Origin: Fibrobacterota bacterium
GTDB lineage: Bacteria; Fibrobacterota; Fibrobacteria; UBA11236
Reading direction: 5' to 3'
Assembly (NCBI GenBank): GCA_043753995.1
Contig: JAYUVP010000347.1
Span: 1-30,089 of the forward strand
Length of the DNA: 30,089 bases
Each line of letters opens with the position of its first letter. The first letter of the stretch is position 1. The position numbers and the translations under genes were made by a program. Positions 25,785 through 30,089 of the stretch are shown one piece after another. The notes beneath the pieces were generated by a model, which was given only the letters and a program-made list of their open reading frames with translations, was not told the origin of the DNA and ran no database searches.

Positions 25785-28700
25785 GGCATCACCATCACCT
25801 TCTGTTGCCAAGAAATCGGCGCCTTACCCTCGACTTGAAGACGCATAATCAAAGTTCCCGAACCATTCACGGGATTCATCACCCACTCCTGTTCACCGAT
25901 ATGGGAAGGGCGTCGGTGTTGATCAAAAACAGATTTTCCATCCAAGGTCATGAGAGTAAGCCGCAAAGTTTGGCCATTTTCGGCTAGAGCCTGATTCCAA
26001 TTAAAACGCAGGGACCAGGGCTCATTTCGTCGAAGTACGGAAGGCCATTGCATAGAAAATGGCTTTGCGCTTCTCTCCTGCCAATGTGCCAATTCAGATT
26101 GCAAATCCGATTCGCCCGCAGCCAGTAATTGAAATTCATTCCAGCCCGATTGCAAACGCAAGGAATCTTCACCGGGACGTATCGCTTTGCCGGTTAAAGT
26201 GTCGAGAAGTGCCGCCGCCATGAACTTGGGCAAGGCGGTTAAATTCCAGCGAATATTTTTTGGCTTAGGACTATAAAGCGCCAGAGGGAGTCGAATTCGC
26301 CTATCCTCAGAAATCGCTAACCTTAGGTAACCCCGCCGTGACCCTAATCGTAAATCAAGGCCTTGGCCTGGGGAGGGAAGCCAGGGAATATTATCCGTCG
26401 CCTGGCCGCCTGGTATCAATTCAACTTGCTTGCGTCCGCCAGGAAAATCCAATATGAATTCGGAAATCGATTCGCCGGCCGCCTGCTTAGGCAGAGCTAC
26501 CGATTTCAAAGGATCAAAAGTCAGTATTTCTCCCGACTGAAAATAATAGACATAGCCCTCGTGTGGACTCATGGAAGGGGAGGACACCCAGCTATACTCA
26601 TTTTTACCGATTCTCGACAATTGTCGAAAGGTTGGTGTAATACCGCGAGTGGATGTGATTTGGCTAGGATGCAATGGAAATGGAAAAGGATGACTCACAA
26701 ATTGCCAACCGCCAAGAGGCTTTATCGCCGAAACCTGAAAAACAGTTAGAGGGGGCACCTGAGCATCCGTCCACCTAGCTCTAAACCGACGCGCAGTAGC
26801 GAGGAGGATGCCGTCTCCAGTTTTAAGATTCAGAGGCTTTCCCACTTGCCTGAAGGCTTCCTGGCCCGCGGAATTAGTGATTTCCAGTCGAGTCACGCTA
26901 TCTCGTTTTCCGGGGGACAAAGGATCGAAAAAATTTAGCCAGGCAATATCTGCCAGACCCGCAGGGCTTTGGGTATAGGGGGCAGCCAATAAATGCCAGG
27001 ATAAAGAGTCTTGCGCGGCCAGGCTATCGATATGCTTGACGTCAAAAAGCCCAACCAAATTATCGCCCCGTGTGGCGATCAATTGATTGCCCTGATAAAC
27101 ACGAATGCGATAAATCGCCAATTGATTGTTGGATATGCTTAAGGATGCCGTTAATCCCAAAGGCACAATTGGGGTGGAGTAGGTGAATTGGACACCCAAG
27201 GGGTCGATGGCCCTAATTTCAATTTTATAATGAGTAGCGCTAAGCGGAGCCGCTGCAGGCGTGAATGTAAAATCGAATTCCCGCACATTCGTACTCGATG
27301 CCTTGGATTTCACCAAGGGAAGTGAATTCAGAGGCGACAGGTCTTGGATCGCTATCAAGTCTAGGTAAGGCTCTAAGATGGCTAAACCCGACACGGTGAT
27401 TGTGCCGCCATTCAACTGGGAAAAGCGAGCTGGAAAGCGGCTCCATTTTTCACTACCTGCAGGTCTAGCCAAAACCTTGACCCTGCTGGTATCCACCGGA
27501 AAAGGCAAGGTGTCGACCATTTGAAAACCATTGGCGCTGATATTTTCAGCCTTAAAAGTCCACCCCTTCAAAAAAGCAACATCTTGCAAGATGGGATCCG
27601 CACCTAATTCACTCTCGCTTAAAATTTTGACACTCAGCATACCCGAAGTCGGACTAAAGAATTGCGAAATGGCAATGCCATTCACCTGCCCAGCGAAAAT
27701 CGTGCTCTTAATAATATTCAGCTTTCGCCCAAGAAAAAGCATTCCGCTATCCGAGGCTACGGGCAAGATGATTTTCACCTTGCCTGCTATTTCCGGAGAA
27801 ACCCTGGGTAAAGAGTCAATGATTCCACCACGTTGCCAATAGGCTGTATTTGATCCTTTGGAATCCAAGGTAATGATGACCGTATCTTCACGGCTTCGGC
27901 CGAAAATACGGAGCGAGAGAGCCGCAGACAGTTGATCAAAGGCTTCAGGATTAGGCTTCGGAATGGTGTCCACGGACATTTGAAACCCATTCTTTGTCTG
28001 CGTCGTAATGGAATATCCGGATCCTGAAAGGGTTTGTTGCCCTTTGGGAACGCTTAATTTTTCAACCAGGAAAAATTGTATCACAGTATCTACTGGCATA
28101 GGCGGAGCAACGAATTGAAAAGTACTGTCATTCAACCTTAGGCCGCGAATGAGAGGTTCGCTTTTGTATCTCAAGGCATGCCAATAGACACTGTCGCTTA
28201 AAAAAGGCAGGCTAGGGATTTTTTGATGTATGACGACCAGAAGACTATCTGTGGTTTTAGCTGAGGTGTTGTAACTGCGAGAGATGCCGAGAAAGCGGGT
28301 ATCATTTCGCGATACATTATAAGTGTCATCGGTAGCGTAGTAAAAAAAATTTCCAGCGCTATCGATTTTTCGAAATACGATGTCATCTCTGTCGATGGTG
28401 GTAGGTTTAGGTACTGACACCGTTTCGCCCATCGGCAAAAGGCATAGGTAGGCAGGGTAAAAGATTTTTGCCACCGAATTCATGCTATTGGCGAACCATC
28501 TTGGGGATGTGGTCAGGGTCGAAGAATTGCTTTGTTGAAAAAAGGAATCTGATTCGGCTTTGCGATAGACAAGTACCGGGCCACCATGATTCGCTTGCCC
28601 GCTCAACATTTTTAAGCTGTCGATGATAAATCCATCGAAGGCATAGCCACCCTTTTCTGCCCAGGCAAAACGCAAATAGGGAAATTGATTTGCGGCAGGA

Positions 28701-29842
28701 ACGCCCGCCTTTGGAGAGGGAAGAAAACGCCTTGGGACTGGGCTGGAATCAAAGGTGACAAGGGTGCTGTCCTGATAAAGCAAGGCACGCTTACTGCGGG
28801 TGCCGGGAAAAACATTGAAGGCATTGCCCCGTTGCGGCCCAGAAAAAAAGCCAACCGAAGAATCGGGCAAATACCAATTCCAAAGTTCGGAAGTATCGCG
28901 ATCGGTCACCGGTAAGATTTTAATGCCAGCGTCATCAAAACGTTCCGTTTGGGATATGGTTCTATATAAGCTGTCCCAGGTACTAAACCATTTATTGGTG
29001 TTTAATCCTAGGGGTTGAAGGTCGAATTTTTCTCCGAAATAAAGCGGATAATAGGAGGTGGTGCCGGTTTGATTCAGTCCTCCGCGAAAGGCAAATAAAT
29101 TATTGGCTATGGTACTGCCAGCGTCTTGAATATCGCTATTGATTTTGAATTGAATGCGATTAAAGGTATTGTTTTGAATGTCTAACTTGCCATTGATTGT
29201 GGCTTCGAAAAGTGCGGAAAGGTTGAAATTACAATTGGTGATCTTCAAATTGCCGGCATTGATTACCAGCTTGGATACCCCCGCCGTGGTTTTCGCCACT
29301 AGAAAGCATCGTTCAAAGGTCACACCGTAATTCGGAGCGCTAGCCCAATTGAGAAGGGTGCCGCTGCCAAGCGAATCTGCGAAAATAATACAGTCGCGGA
29401 AAACCAGATTTCCATTCGGATTGGCTGTGATTGACTGAGCCGAAAGAGTCGCCTGTGGATGCCTCAATTGAATAGACATTCCTTGGAAAATCAGCGGCTT
29501 GATACAACCGAATACTTCCAATAATGGCGTATTGCTATTGAGTCTTAGAATTCCAGGATTGTTTTTATCCTGGGTGAATAGCACGGTATCTGCGGCAAGG
29601 ACCCTTCCCTGAGGAATGGTGAAGGTGCCAACATCACTGTATTGAGTAAAGGATATATGATGCAGGCCGGGAGTCGCATTGTTGAGAATGGCTGTTGCAA
29701 TATTATTCAGTTTTTCGGTTGGCGAAACCGTGTGATTGTATTCGCCCCAAGCCTGGGTCACAAAGCCTAGCCCCATAAAAAGGCAAGCGGTGAAGTGTAG
29801 GGCCCACTCCCGGGCGGAATTCACCAAATCGCGCAGAATCAT
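25781..29842 (-). CDS. Large secreted beta-rich protein with T9SS-like C-terminal sorting domain
   Basis: 1353-aa ORF with a GAGGGAG RBS and signal peptide. N-terminal beta-helix-like repeats (FRDCII, FERCFL, ITNCNF, IQNNTF, IANNLF), WHLLAAPY/GWQFVSHPF motifs, and C-terminal LRLTLMTLDGKSVF...GSGTLIMRLQVEG...QKVMVMP. Confidence 0.75.
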   Translation of the reverse strand: MILRDLVNSAREWALHFTACLFMGLGFVTQAWGEYNHTVSPTEKLNNIATAILNNATPGLHHISFTQYSDVGTFTIPQGRVLAADTVLFTQDKNNPGILRLNSNTPLLEVFGCIKPLIFQGMSIQLRHPQATLSAQSITANPNGNLVFRDCIIFADSLGSGTLLNWASAPNYGVTFERCFLVAKTTAGVSKLVINAGNLKITNCNFNLSALFEATINGKLDIQNNTFNRIQFKINSDIQDAGSTIANNLFAFRGGLNQTGTTSYYPLYFGEKFDLQPLGLNTNKWFSTWDSLYRTISQTERFDDAGIKILPVTDRDTSELWNWYLPDSSVGFFSGPQRGNAFNVFPGTRSKRALLYQDSTLVTFDSSPVPRRFLPSPKAGVPAANQFPYLRFAWAEKGGYAFDGFIIDSLKMLSGQANHGGPVLVYRKAESDSFFQQSNSSTLTTSPRWFANSMNSVAKIFYPAYLCLLPMGETVSVPKPTTIDRDDIVFRKIDSAGNFFYYATDDTYNVSRNDTRFLGISRSYNTSAKTTDSLLVVIHQKIPSLPFLSDSVYWHALRYKSEPLIRGLRLNDSTFQFVAPPMPVDTVIQFFLVEKLSVPKGQQTLSGSGYSITTQTKNGFQMSVDTIPKPNPEAFDQLSAALSLRIFGRSREDTVIITLDSKGSNTAYWQRGGIIDSLPRVSPEIAGKVKIILPVASDSGMLFLGRKLNIIKSTIFAGQVNGIAISQFFSPTSGMLSVKILSESELGADPILQDVAFLKGWTFKAENISANGFQMVDTLPFPVDTSRVKVLARPAGSEKWSRFPARFSQLNGGTITVSGLAILEPYLDLIAIQDLSPLNSLPLVKSKASSTNVREFDFTFTPAAAPLSATHYKIEIRAIDPLGVQFTYSTPIVPLGLTASLSISNNQLAIYRIRVYQGNQLIATRGDNLVGLFDVKHIDSLAAQDSLSWHLLAAPYTQSPAGLADIAWLNFFDPLSPGKRDSVTRLEITNSAGQEAFRQVGKPLNLKTGDGILLATARRFRARWTDAQVPPLTVFQVSAIKPLGGWQFVSHPFPFPLHPSQITSTRGITPTFRQLSRIGKNEYSWVSSPSMSPHEGYVYYFQSGEILTFDPLKSVALPKQAAGESISEFILDFPGGRKQVELIPGGQATDNIPWLPSPGQGLDLRLGSRRGYLRLAISEDRRIRLPLALYSPKPKNIRWNLTALPKFMAAALLDTLTGKAIRPGEDSLRLQSGWNEFQLLAAGESDLQSELAHWQERSAKPFSMQWPSVLRRNEPWSLRFNWNQALAENGQTLRLTLMTLDGKSVFDQHRRPSHIGEQEWVMNPVNGSGTLIMRLQVEGKAPISWQQKVMVMP

Positions 29843-29874
29843 ATCTCCCTCGGTTCATGGGAAAAATGGCTTTT

Positions 29875-30089
29875 TTATCGAGAGACCTTTTTCTTCGGCC
29901 CATCGATTTTACCGTTTTTAAGCCTTTTCCTAAAGATTTTTCCTTTCCTTTGATTTTTTTCCGATTTGACAAGCGTAGAACATATCGGGCAAAGGTCGTC
30001 TACATGACCTCGCGCCGGGCAATGTTCCCTACCGAAGTAAATCATTTGCAAATGCAACTTGGCCCATTTGGAGGCCGGAAAAAGGGACT
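29875..30089 (-). CDS. nth: Endonuclease III (3' end only; enters from the window edge)
   Basis: The frame is open from the edge: LFPASKWAKLHLQMIYFGREHCPARGHVDDLCPICS, then a Lys-rich tail. This matches the Nth C-terminal helix and Fe-S loop region. Confidence 0.82.
   Translation of the reverse strand, partial: SLFPASKWAKLHLQMIYFGREHCPARGHVDDLCPICSTLVKSEKNQRKGKIFRKRLKNGKIDGPKKKVSR

Overview
Chromosomal window of a diderm bacterium. Gene content and protein style suggest Fibrobacterota or a related FCB lineage (inference). Positions 1-15.8 kb form one co-oriented minus-strand block. In transcription order it holds: a beta-helix/TSP3/OmpA protein; a beta-barrel+TPR protein; a giant TPR protein; a MotA/TolQ/ExbB protein; two ExbD/TolR proteins; a TonB-like protein with an AgmX/PglI-type C-terminal domain; an outer-membrane barrel; a lipoprotein; then mreB-mreC-mreD-mrdA (truncated by the window edge). 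The first part resembles the PMF-driven Agl-Glt core machinery of myxobacteria and sits directly upstream of the elongasome genes. The rest of the window holds an oppABC cluster with no ATPase genes, an initiator tRNA-Met, several hypothetical genes, a ChaN-like gene, ychF, a DUF151/UVR nuclease, two secreted proteins (one with a T9SS-like C-terminal domain) and the 3' end of nth. The clearest anomaly is that two otherwise intact genes, the Asp-bearing exbD and oppB, each carry a single in-frame TAG almost exactly mid-gene. In addition, the TAG that ends mreD is in frame with mrdA. I saw no mobile elements or CRISPR arrays.
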